DNA of 41,475 nucleotides, from the NCBI GenBank assembly GCA_964448015.1, contig CAYUUV010000001.1, forward strand, positions 13,147 through 54,621, in the 5' to 3' direction. Positions 8,188 to 15,569 of the stretch are shown here, piece after piece; position 1 is the first letter of the stretch; the number at the start of each line of letters is the position of its first letter. Position numbers and translations under genes: made by a program. A model generated the notes under the pieces. It worked only from the letters and a program-made list of their open reading frames with translations, did not search any database and was not told the DNA's origin. The stretch is from an uncultured Candidatus Saccharibacteria bacterium. GTDB lineage: Bacteria > Patescibacteriota > Saccharimonadia > Saccharimonadales > UBA7683.

Positions 8188-10922
8188 TACACTTGCTCCG
8201 CTTGTAGTTGCTGATGGGCATGCCAGCTCATCTGTTCAATCAGCTTGCTTATTTCATCTGTAGTTAGTGTACGCTCATGATGCGTGAAGGTAAATCGGAA
8301 TGATACGTTTTTACTTTCTTCTCCATCTTTTTGGAAGATGCTGAGTGGTCGCATCTGCCACTGAAAGTCAACTGATTGCAACACTTCTTTCATTACAGCT
8401 TCAAGCTGTGCGAATGATACATCACCGCGCACTCGCAGCGTGAGATCTTGTTCGGTTGAAGGATACTTTGAAAGCGGTTTGTACCCTTCAAGGTATCTGT
8501 TTTCTTCAAAGAAGCTTGGGCCGTCGAGCGCACATAATGCTCCAGCTGTATATTCTGGTAATTTGAAGGCTTCTGCAACCGATTCTTTGAACTCCCCGAC
8601 AATACCAATCATGCCACCTCGATCGGTTGCGTTCATAATATATGCTGAGCGTTTCAAATCGAAGGGTTGCAATGCTTGTAGTACATTGTCGTCATCAGCC
8701 GGCTCGAGTCTATACGATATACCAAGCTTATTGAGCAACTCATCTACCGTTTTGAGCATGCGAAAATATGGTGCTCCTGGTTGTACTTTTGCACTTGCGT
8801 AGACCATCTCAAGACTGTTAATTTCATCAGGAAGACCTGTTTCTTCGTCTATGACGGCCTTGTTGTGGCCTTTCCCAATCTCAAACAAGGTAAATTCATC
8901 ATGGCCAGCTTTTATGTTTGGATGTACTCTATCGAGCAAACTGGGCAATAAACTGAGTCTGTAGTATTGCAAATCTGGACTCAGCGCATTTCTAATGGTA
9001 AATGCCTGCTTAGAATCTTGGCCCGCTTTTTTCAAAAGATTACCATGCACAAAGCTATACCCGAGCAGTTCATTAGCTCCGGCTCGCGCTAGAATATGTC
9101 TAATTTCTGACTTTAATGATCTCAGCGAGTCTGGTGTGACCGGCTTGATGCTTCGCTTCGGCAAGGCCATCGGCAACTGGTTAAAGCCGTACAGGCGACC
9201 GATTTCTTCTACAATATCTTCTTTAATCTCAAGATCGGTGCGCCAGAATGGTGGTCGCACCTCGATAGGACCGGAGGCAACATGAGCGTCGATTTCGACA
9301 TTGTTCAGTAATGTCACGATCTCTTGGTCGGTGAATTTTGAGCCTAGACGATCGTTGATGAACTTTGTTTCAATTTCGATGTAGTTATCTTGATTATTGA
9401 TTATTGATTGTTGATTATTGCTATCGACAATGGTGCTGGCTTGTTTGGCTCCAGCTAGTTCTTCAAACATTGTGATAGTTTTTGTCATCACAGGCGGAAG
9501 CTGCGAGGCTGGCTGGCCTTTGGTGAAACGCGTGACGGCATCGGTGAAGATACCGTGGATCATGCTGGTTTTTCGGATGTTGTACATATCAAAAGTGGCG
9601 CACTCGAGCACCACTCGCGTGGTGTTTGCGTCAACTTCAGAATTGCCACCGCCCATCACACCGCCAAGTGCAATCGGACCATCAGAATTACAAATTAAGA
9701 CTGCATCTTTGTGTGGTTCAATTTCTTTGCCATCAAGCAGCGTCATTTTTTCACCAGCTTTTGGCTTTCTGACAATAACCTCTGCAGTTTTGTCATTCTC
9801 CGACTCGCTGCGCCCCGTGGAGTATTCTTCGGGGATCGGAGAATCTAGTTTATTACTGGATCCTCTGGTCAAGCCAGAGGATGACACTAGAGGGGTGCTG
9901 ATTTTATCAAAATCAAACACATGTAGCGGCTGCGCCGTAAGCAACATCATATAATTTGTAATATCAACCACGTTATTAATTGGCCGCACCCCGACTCGCT
10001 TCAAATAACTCTGCAACCAAATCGGACTCGGCGCAATCTTCACATCTTCCAAAACAACCGCCATATACCGCGGACACAGCGCGGGATCTTCTACGCTCAC
10101 GCTAAGAAGATCGGAGTTATGAGGTTTGAGTGATGAGGTATGAGTCTCGACATCTTCATCTTGATTCTTGATTCTTGACTCTTGACTCTGCGTATACCAG
10201 CTTGGGCTGGTAAAGCTTCGGTGTTGTATCCCCGCAATTTCCCGAGCCACACCAAGATGCCCAAAGCCATCAGGCCGGTGCGTAAACATCTTATTTTCAA
10301 TTTCTAAAATCGTATCATCAAGATCATACAAATCTTTGAATGGTGTCCCAACAATACTGTCATTCTCCGACTCGCTGCGCCCCGTGGAGTATTCTTCGGG
10401 GATCGGAGAATCTAGTGATTGACTGGATCCTCTGGTCAAGCCAGGGGATGACAAATCCTGCGGACCAATCTCCAAAATACCAGAATGATCATCTCCCAAC
10501 CCTAGTTCAGCAAGACTCGCCAACATGCCGTTACTGAGCTGACCACGTAAATCGCGAGCTTCAAGCACGAACAACTCTTTTTCACCATAACTCGCCGGCA
10601 CAATTGCACCCGGTGGAATCCACGCTACCAGTAACCCTTCGCGAACATTCGGCGCGCCGCAGACCACTTGTACATAGCCGTCTTCATCACGCGCGACATC
10701 CTTCACCGCGCCACCGTCATCAACCTTACAAAGTGAAAGCTTGTCGGCATTCGGATGCTTCTCACAGCTAACAACTTTCGCCACCACAACGCCTTCATAC
10801 TGCTTTGAAAGATCCGTCACACCCTCAATGCCGCCAAGCCGTTCCGTCGCCAGCTTCACCAACTCATCAGTAGGAATATCAACATCCGTAAACTGCTTCA
10901 CCCAATTTAAACTAACTTTCAT
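8187..10922 (-). CDS. pheT: Phenylalanine--tRNA ligase beta subunit, carrying several in-frame repeat insertions
   Basis: 911 aa. N-terminal tRNA-binding domain (KVVSCEKHPNADKLSLCKVD), B3/B4 and B5 regions, GVMGG motif. Confidence 0.95.
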   Translation of the reverse strand: MKVSLNWVKQFTDVDIPTDELVKLATERLGGIEGVTDLSKQYEGVVVAKVVSCEKHPNADKLSLCKVDDGGAVKDVARDEDGYVQVVCGAPNVREGLLVAWIPPGAIVPASYGEKELFVLEARDLRGQLSNGMLASLAELGLGDDHSGILEIGPQDLSSPGLTRGSSQSLDSPIPEEYSTGRSESENDSIVGTPFKDLYDLDDTILEIENKMFTHRPDGFGHLGVAREIAGIQHRSFTSPSWYTQSQESRIKNQDEDVETHTSSLKPHNSDLLSVSVEDPALCPRYMAVVLEDVKIAPSPIWLQSYLKRVGVRPINNVVDITNYMMLLTAQPLHVFDFDKISTPLVSSSGLTRGSSNKLDSPIPEEYSTGRSESENDKTAEVIVRKPKAGEKMTLLDGKEIEPHKDAVLICNSDGPIALGGVMGGGNSEVDANTTRVVLECATFDMYNIRKTSMIHGIFTDAVTRFTKGQPASQLPPVMTKTITMFEELAGAKQASTIVDSNNQQSIINNQDNYIEIETKFINDRLGSKFTDQEIVTLLNNVEIDAHVASGPIEVRPPFWRTDLEIKEDIVEEIGRLYGFNQLPMALPKRSIKPVTPDSLRSLKSEIRHILARAGANELLGYSFVHGNLLKKAGQDSKQAFTIRNALSPDLQYYRLSLLPSLLDRVHPNIKAGHDEFTLFEIGKGHNKAVIDEETGLPDEINSLEMVYASAKVQPGAPYFRMLKTVDELLNKLGISYRLEPADDDNVLQALQPFDLKRSAYIMNATDRGGMIGIVGEFKESVAEAFKLPEYTAGALCALDGPSFFEENRYLEGYKPLSKYPSTEQDLTLRVRGDVSFAQLEAVMKEVLQSVDFQWQMRPLSIFQKDGEESKNVSFRFTFTHHERTLTTDEISKLIEQMSWHAHQQLQAEQV
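9390..9424. repeat. Heptanucleotide tandem repeat (TTGATTA-like, about 5 units) inside pheT
   Basis: ttgatta ttgatta ttgattg ttgatta ttgctat. It encodes the low-complexity NNQQSIINNQD stretch, and the frame is preserved. Confidence 0.8.
9791..9886. repeat. 96-bp composite palindromic element (TGTCAT...ATGACA) in frame in pheT, copy 1
   Basis: TGTCATTCTCCGA...TCGGAGAATC, spacer, TGGATCCTCTGG-tcaag-CCAGAGGATGACA. It is 32 codons long and encodes SSSGLTRGSSNKLDSPIPEEYSTGRSESEND. Confidence 0.9.
10160..10187. repeat. Heptanucleotide tandem repeat (CTTGATT x2, CTTGACT x2) inside pheT
   Basis: Read directly. It lies in the low-complexity segment QSQESRIKNQDEDVETHTSSLKPHNS. The flanking G/T-rich stretch 10118-10146 is partly complementary to it. 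Confidence 0.8.
10358..10453. repeat. 96-bp composite palindromic element (TGTCAT...ATGACA) in frame in pheT, copy 2
   Basis: 91 of 96 nt identical to copy 1 by direct comparison. It encodes SSPGLTRGSSQSLDSPIPEEYSTGRSESEND. Confidence 0.9.
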
Positions 10923-11575
10923 TTCAATATCTCCTGTATTTTTTGAGCAACGGCATCAGCAATTTTCTTATGACCCTCTACGGTAAGGTGTATGCCATCC
11001 TTACCTGGCTGAGCCAGATTTGCTGCATTAAGATAAGATACCTGTTGTTGCTTTAATAAATCCTCAAGCACCAAGCCAAGCTGACGTGATTTTTCAGCAC
11101 TTTGAGCATTGTATGTATCGCCATAATATCCAGAAAAGAGCGGCGCGGAATCGTTGATGAATGGAGGACTTATTACGAGAATCTTCGAGTCGGATGCTTG
11201 TTCTTGAATAAGGTTGATGTACTCAGATATGCTGGCTGCAACATCCTGTATTGACTTATTATATTGGATCTTTAAATCGTTTGTTCCCAGCATTATGATA
11301 ATCAGTGCAAATTCATCGTGTGACTGAAGATACGGCTTGAAGTAATCAAGACCATTTCTAAAAGTTTTATTTTTATTGTAATGCTCAAAGTTAGTATTTC
11401 TACCTCCGAGACCCTCTTCAAATATTTCGTAATCCTTGCCTAGTGATTCTTGTACTCTCCCTGGCCACCTAGCATCAAGACTATACCGCCCCGCGTAATT
11501 TTTGTCATCACTCTGGCCCCAAGTATTGGAATCTCCGTAACAGAGTATTCTTTTGATATCCTGATCAAGAATCAT
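10919..11575 (-). CDS. SGNH/GDSL-family hydrolase
   Basis: Block I ILCYGDSNTWG, block III GTND, C-terminal DGIHLT. ATGA overlaps at both ends. Confidence 0.8.
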   Translation of the reverse strand: MILDQDIKRILCYGDSNTWGQSDDKNYAGRYSLDARWPGRVQESLGKDYEIFEEGLGGRNTNFEHYNKNKTFRNGLDYFKPYLQSHDEFALIIIMLGTNDLKIQYNKSIQDVAASISEYINLIQEQASDSKILVISPPFINDSAPLFSGYYGDTYNAQSAEKSRQLGLVLEDLLKQQQVSYLNAANLAQPGKDGIHLTVEGHKKIADAVAQKIQEILK

Positions 11576-11898
11576 AAGTCAGCCTCCTCAATTAGTGGGT
11601 AGATGTCGACAGCGACTTCTTCATACGGGTGGGCTTTTTTTAGCGCCGCAACGATTTCTTTGGCATCTTCGCGGTTACACAGTACCTCAATTCGTTCTTC
11701 TTGAACTGATTCCAGTTTTCCAGGTTCGCCAATGTGTGGATCAGCATTTTTTGAAGGCAAAAATCGTCCTATTCCCGTCACCGAATAGCTACAGAAAGTG
11801 TACTCACCAAGTTTTCCCGCACCAGCCGAGCCTAACACCTGGCGAATATCGTCCGCATTTTCAGTTGGTACAAACGTCACAATTTTTACCCTGCTCAT
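11572..11898 (-). CDS. Small PII-fold-like protein resembling the YqfO/NIF3 insert domain
   Basis: 108 aa from ATG 11898 (MSRVKIVTFVP...). The VPxxxxxxVxxALxxAGAG...Y..C pattern supports the call. ATGA overlap with the upstream gene. The family assignment is from memory only. Confidence 0.45.
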   Translation of the reverse strand: MSRVKIVTFVPTENADDIRQVLGSAGAGKLGEYTFCSYSVTGIGRFLPSKNADPHIGEPGKLESVQEERIEVLCNREDAKEIVAALKKAHPYEEVAVDIYPLIEEADL

Positions 11899-12314
11899 GA
11901 GAAATTCTCCGTTTCGAAGATTGGGGGATCTTGAGTGTAATTGGTGAAGCGGAGCCATGTTGGAATGATGAGGTAGTAGTTTTGACCAGATTCGCCGGCA
12001 AACTTTTTCGCTGCAGGAACTCTTTCAAAATGAAGGTTGATGCGGTCTTGGTATTCAGTCTGATTGACTTTCTCGACCACACCTTCAAGCTGCACCGTTT
12101 TGGGGCCATCAAACCCAACAACTAGCGCAATCTTATTATTTACAGCTATATTTGCTGCTTTTCGTGTTTTTTCATTGGTCGCAATCATCAGCCTAAAATC
12201 ATCATCAACTGAGAAGCCGACCGTCGCCGCCTCTGGCTGCTCATCATTACCAACCGTCGCAACCACACAGGTTTCAAAGTGGTTCAGAAATTCTTTAACA
12301 TCTTGAATATTCAT
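11895..12314 (-). CDS. Pyridoxamine 5'-phosphate oxidase family (FMN-binding split-barrel) protein
   Basis: About 139 aa with a ...CVVATVGNDEQPEAATVGF......LMIATN..TRK..NI pattern. ATG 12314 overlaps the NYN-gene stop (TGATG). Confidence 0.7.
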   Translation of the reverse strand: MNIQDVKEFLNHFETCVVATVGNDEQPEAATVGFSVDDDFRLMIATNEKTRKAANIAVNNKIALVVGFDGPKTVQLEGVVEKVNQTEYQDRINLHFERVPAAKKFAGESGQNYYLIIPTWLRFTNYTQDPPIFETENFS

Positions 12315-12991
12315 CACTTTTTCTCCTGTTTTTTAGCCTGAGATACATTGACTTTCTTTCCCTTTTTTGCTACACTTTTCTTATCACCATGTTTAGGCAG
12401 GCCTAAGGTTTCGAACCGACCGCTACTCCTAGACGATCGACCAGTCCTACCTAAGGTTTCGACCGACCGTACGGACTGGTTTTTTGATCGCTTATATTCC
12501 AGGGAGCCTTTAAGTTTATCTATTTGCACAATAAACTTCAGATAATCACGAAGGAGTTTTGAGAAGTTCCTGTTTGGCGTCATGACATGTAAAAGTTTCT
12601 GCTTCTCCATCAAATATTCGATCAAACAACGGAAGTCACCATCACCACTCACGATAATAGCCTTATCATAGGCGTGATACTTTTTGGCAGCCGCATACAG
12701 CACAACCTCTGCATCAACATTACCTTTGTGTGTCTTTTTACCACCTACGTCATACGCAATTGTTGGTTTGAAGACCAATTTATAACCGGCAGCAGATAAA
12801 TGCTCATAAAGCTGTTCGTTACCTGGCACTAGTCCAATAAAAAGGTAAGCTCTGTCAACGTTATATTTATTCTTAAGATATAAGCGAATCTTTTTAAAGT
12901 CTAGCTTCCAGCCTAGCGACTGTACGCCGAGATTCAAATTCTGACTATCTATAAATGCGTACGTAACCAAATTTTTGACCTTTTTGCTCAT
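12314..12991 (-). CDS. NYN (LabA-like) domain protein with a repeat-containing basic tail
   Basis: FIDSQNL...AYLFIG...DAEVVL...IVSGDGDF matches the NYN/LabA acidic-residue pattern. The tail VRSVETLGRTGRSSRSSGRFETLGLPKHG... is encoded by direct repeats. Confidence 0.75.
   Translation of the reverse strand: MSKKVKNLVTYAFIDSQNLNLGVQSLGWKLDFKKIRLYLKNKYNVDRAYLFIGLVPGNEQLYEHLSAAGYKLVFKPTIAYDVGGKKTHKGNVDAEVVLYAAAKKYHAYDKAIIVSGDGDFRCLIEYLMEKQKLLHVMTPNRNFSKLLRDYLKFIVQIDKLKGSLEYKRSKNQSVRSVETLGRTGRSSRSSGRFETLGLPKHGDKKSVAKKGKKVNVSQAKKQEKK
12402..12479. repeat. About 20-bp direct repeat plus hairpin in the 3' part of the NYN gene
   Basis: CCTAAGGTTTCGAACCGACCG (12402-12422) and CCTAAGGTTTCGACCGACCG (12450-12469). 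CCAGTCC (12441-12447) pairs with GGACTGG (12473-12479). The copies start 48 nt (16 codons) apart. Confidence 0.75.
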
Positions 12992-14010
12992 TTGAATTGC
13001 CTCAAGAATGCGAGTTTACCGCTGTTGAAGTGGCGGATATCTTCAATGTTGTACTTCATCATAACAAGTCGTTCTACACCAAAGCCCCAAGCAAAACCTG
13101 TGTACTTCTCAGGGTCTACACCGGCCATTTTTAACACATTTGGGTGAATCATACCGCAACCCATTAGTTCAATCCAACGTTCATTACTGCAGACTTTACA
13201 GTTCTGTCCTTCTGTGCAAAAAGGACATGTTAATGAAAGTTCAAAACTTGGTTCGGTGAACGGGAAGTAGAAAGGCGTAATTTTAGCCTCTGTAGGTTTA
13301 CCAAAGTACGTTGTCAGGAATGTCTTAAATGTTGCAACTAAATTACCGACTGTGACACCTGTGCCAACATACACACCCTCGGCTTGATGAAACGTATGTT
13401 CGTGACGTGCATCGAGATCTTCATTACGAAACGTTCTATCGACCGCCAAGACCGCGATTGGCTCGCCTTGCTCCAACTGCTCTTTTCGTGCTTTGATAAT
13501 ACGATTTTGCATGGTACTCGTGTGTGCTGGCGCAATAAGACCTTCTTCGGTCATAAAGGTATCCCAGTCATCCCGGGCTGGGTGGCCTTTTGGGAAGTTA
13601 AGACTTTCAAACATATGAAAATCGTCATCAATTTCCCGAGATTCCGAAACTTCAAAGCCCATCCGATAGAAGACGTCAGCGATCTTTTCTATCTCAGCTG
13701 ATATTGGATGAACTGTGCCATTTTCGGTCGATAACAACTCCGGCATCGATGCATTCACATCAAACGGAGCAGTCACATCAATGGGAGGTCTTTTGTCATG
13801 CGTCTTTTGTCCATCGTCTACAGCAAGAGCTTCTAGTTCTTGCTTGAGCTGATTTACCGCCTGGCCGAAGGCAGCCCGCTGATCTTCCGGCTGGTCTTTA
13901 ATTTTGCCATACAGTCCGCGAAGCTCTGGCGCACGCAAAATTGCCCGCTTATCTTCAAGTGTTTCAAGTTTTTTCAGTAACTGTTCTTTCGCCTTTTGAA
14001 TCTCTTCCAT
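12988..14010 (-). CDS. pheS: Phenylalanine--tRNA ligase alpha subunit
   Basis: 340 aa. Class II motifs HPARD, FRNE..D..H...FHQ.EG and GFA.G.G.ERL. Confidence 0.95.
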   Translation of the reverse strand: MEEIQKAKEQLLKKLETLEDKRAILRAPELRGLYGKIKDQPEDQRAAFGQAVNQLKQELEALAVDDGQKTHDKRPPIDVTAPFDVNASMPELLSTENGTVHPISAEIEKIADVFYRMGFEVSESREIDDDFHMFESLNFPKGHPARDDWDTFMTEEGLIAPAHTSTMQNRIIKARKEQLEQGEPIAVLAVDRTFRNEDLDARHEHTFHQAEGVYVGTGVTVGNLVATFKTFLTTYFGKPTEAKITPFYFPFTEPSFELSLTCPFCTEGQNCKVCSNERWIELMGCGMIHPNVLKMAGVDPEKYTGFAWGFGVERLVMMKYNIEDIRHFNSGKLAFLRQFK

Positions 14011-14039
14011 ATACTTACAATTCTACCTTATTTTGTATG

Positions 14040-14062
14040 AAAAAACCTCGCCCGTTGCGAGG
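14040..14062 (-). terminator. Attenuator terminator (helix 3:4) in the pheS leader
   Basis: Minus strand CCUCGC-AACGG-GCGAGG followed by UUUUUU, about 30 nt upstream of the pheS ATG. Confidence 0.7.
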
Positions 14063-14090
14063 TGTTTTGATTATCGACAAACAACCTCGC

Positions 14091-14138
14091 TTAGCGGGTT
14101 TCAAAAAAACTAAAAAAGAAGTTTGCCTGTGACATCAT
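14091..14138 (-). CDS. Phe-rich leader peptide MMSQANFFFSFFETR
   Basis: AUG AUG UCA CAG GCA AAC UUC UUU UUU AGU UUU UUU GAA ACC CGC UAA, read directly. It is below the ORF-track size cutoff. Confidence 0.6.
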   Translation of the reverse strand: MMSQANFFFSFFETR

Positions 14139-14209
14139 ATTTATAATACCACATCCGAACAAAAGGATGCTTGTGTATATCTCCTCTATATACGCTATAG
14201 TCATCTTTG

Positions 14210-14701
14210 ATGATTAGACCGGAAATACATTTTGCCCATATATCCGATAGATACGCCATTGCATATATCGATCAGCGGGCACAAACAGATGCTGGACGAG
14301 TCCAGTGTTCGCCTGATTTTATTGATCCGATATTTGAACATAGCTGGGAAGAGATATTTGATGCACGAACACGCTCTCGAGGTCATAGACAAATAATTGT
14401 AGCGAAACATTTTGGTGTAGTAATCGGGTTCGCGAACTTTTCATTTAGCAATTCACGATGCTGTTTGGTTGAAAGTATTGGCGTGACAGAACAGTATCGG
14501 AACCATGGAGTTGGTCAATCCCTTCTGCGTACCGTAATTAATGAGATCCCTGAGCCGAAAGAAAGAATTGCCGTAGAGATACCAAATCACTTCAGTGATT
14601 CAATAACCTTCTTTAAGCGTACGGGCTTTGAACCAACACACAGGAGATGTCTCACATCAGGAAAAAACGCAAGATTAGAACTTGATTTATCGTGTCGCTA
14701 A
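14210..14701 (+). CDS. GNAT-family N-acetyltransferase
   Basis: Motif A QYRNHGVGQSLL and a C-terminal FFKRTGF pattern. The ATG at 14210 follows the TTG used by the track. Confidence 0.75.
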   Translation: MIRPEIHFAHISDRYAIAYIDQRAQTDAGRVQCSPDFIDPIFEHSWEEIFDARTRSRGHRQIIVAKHFGVVIGFANFSFSNSRCCLVESIGVTEQYRNHGVGQSLLRTVINEIPEPKERIAVEIPNHFSDSITFFKRTGFEPTHRRCLTSGKNARLELDLSCR

Positions 14702-14842
14702 ATGCCAGAATCCGCAATGCTTACACTTATAGACCTTTAGCTTGCTACCATGAAGATGCTGGGCATACACCGCCGCACCTTCAGCTGCTTCTTTGCTGTC
14801 AAAAACCAGTTTTTCTTGGCACGGTAGTTGCTCTTCGTCCAT
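14687..14842 (-). CDS. Small zinc-ribbon-like protein (51 aa)
   Basis: Hand-translated as MDEEQLPCQEKLVFDSKEAAEGAAVYAQHLHGSKLKVYKCKHCGFWHLATR, with a Cys...CxxC-WHL pattern. No clear SD. It overlaps the GNAT 3' end by 15 nt convergently. Confidence 0.4.
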   Translation of the reverse strand: MDEEQLPCQEKLVFDSKEAAEGAAVYAQHLHGSKLKVYKCKHCGFWHLATR

Positions 14843-14860
14843 TAAATCGAGTATAGCGTA

Positions 14861-15415
14861 CTAGCGCTTCGCTGCAACCTTAGCCGCGAGGCCACCAAGC
14901 ATCGTCTTTGCTTCGTATACATGGTAATCCTCGTGTATGAGTTTCCCGTCTTCAGCAAATGCTGCCCATATTTCAGAAATACCAACATGCGCATTGATCG
15001 TATCCATGTGCGTCCAAGCGGCAACGGATGCAAACGAACCAATTGCGTACGGTGCACCAGCCGAGCCATAGCCAACAAAACTCACTGGTTTTCCATTCCA
15101 TTCATGGAACAAATGATCCACAGCATTCTTCAACGAAGCCGGGTAGCCGTGGTTGTATTCTGGCATTACAAAAACAACAGCATCAGATTGATTCACCTTA
15201 TCAGCCCAAAAATTTGTCGCCTCATCATCATACTTACTATCATGCACGTCTGCAGGCGACTTTTTAGGAAGCTCGTAAGAAAGCTTCAGTTCTTTCAAAT
15301 CCACAAGATCAGCTTCGAATCTGCCATCACTTTCAACTTGACCGACAAACCAATCCGCGACCTTTCTACCCGCCCGGCCTTCACGAACACTCGTAGCAAC
15401 AACCAATAACTTCAT
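14861..15415 (-). CDS. NADPH-dependent FMN reductase family protein
   Basis: MKLLVVATSVREGRAGRKVADW... and PEYNHGYP motifs. Start set to ATG 15415, preceded by GGAGGG. Confidence 0.85.
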   Translation of the reverse strand: MKLLVVATSVREGRAGRKVADWFVGQVESDGRFEADLVDLKELKLSYELPKKSPADVHDSKYDDEATNFWADKVNQSDAVVFVMPEYNHGYPASLKNAVDHLFHEWNGKPVSFVGYGSAGAPYAIGSFASVAAWTHMDTINAHVGISEIWAAFAEDGKLIHEDYHVYEAKTMLGGLAAKVAAKR

Positions 15416-15569
15416 ACACCCTCCAATTTTAAATATTAAGTACATACTTAATTTAAGCAAACGCTTAAACCTTTTGCAAGACCTCAGCAATAAATGCAGA
15501 TTTGTTTTTTATGTAGCCACTATATTTTATTATTTGGTACTTAGAATTTACCAGTCTATACTGGTTACT

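Larger units (their letters stand above)
14040..14138 (-). promoter_or_regulatory. Ribosome-mediated transcription attenuator of the pheS operon
   Basis: The leader ORF has 5 Phe codons. Helix 1:2 is AACCCGC/GCG(A)GGUU. Helix 2:3 is GCGAGGU (14090-14084) with ACCUCGC (14063-14057). Helix 3:4 is the terminator. An extended -10 TGgTATTAT lies just upstream. Confidence 0.65.

Noticed and set aside
12402-12479. tRNA-like T-arm sequence (GGTCGGTTCGAAACC on the minus strand) inside the NYN gene tail.
   Set aside because: No acceptor, D or anticodon arms can be drawn. The sequence is one copy of a 20-nt direct repeat inside an intact ORF.
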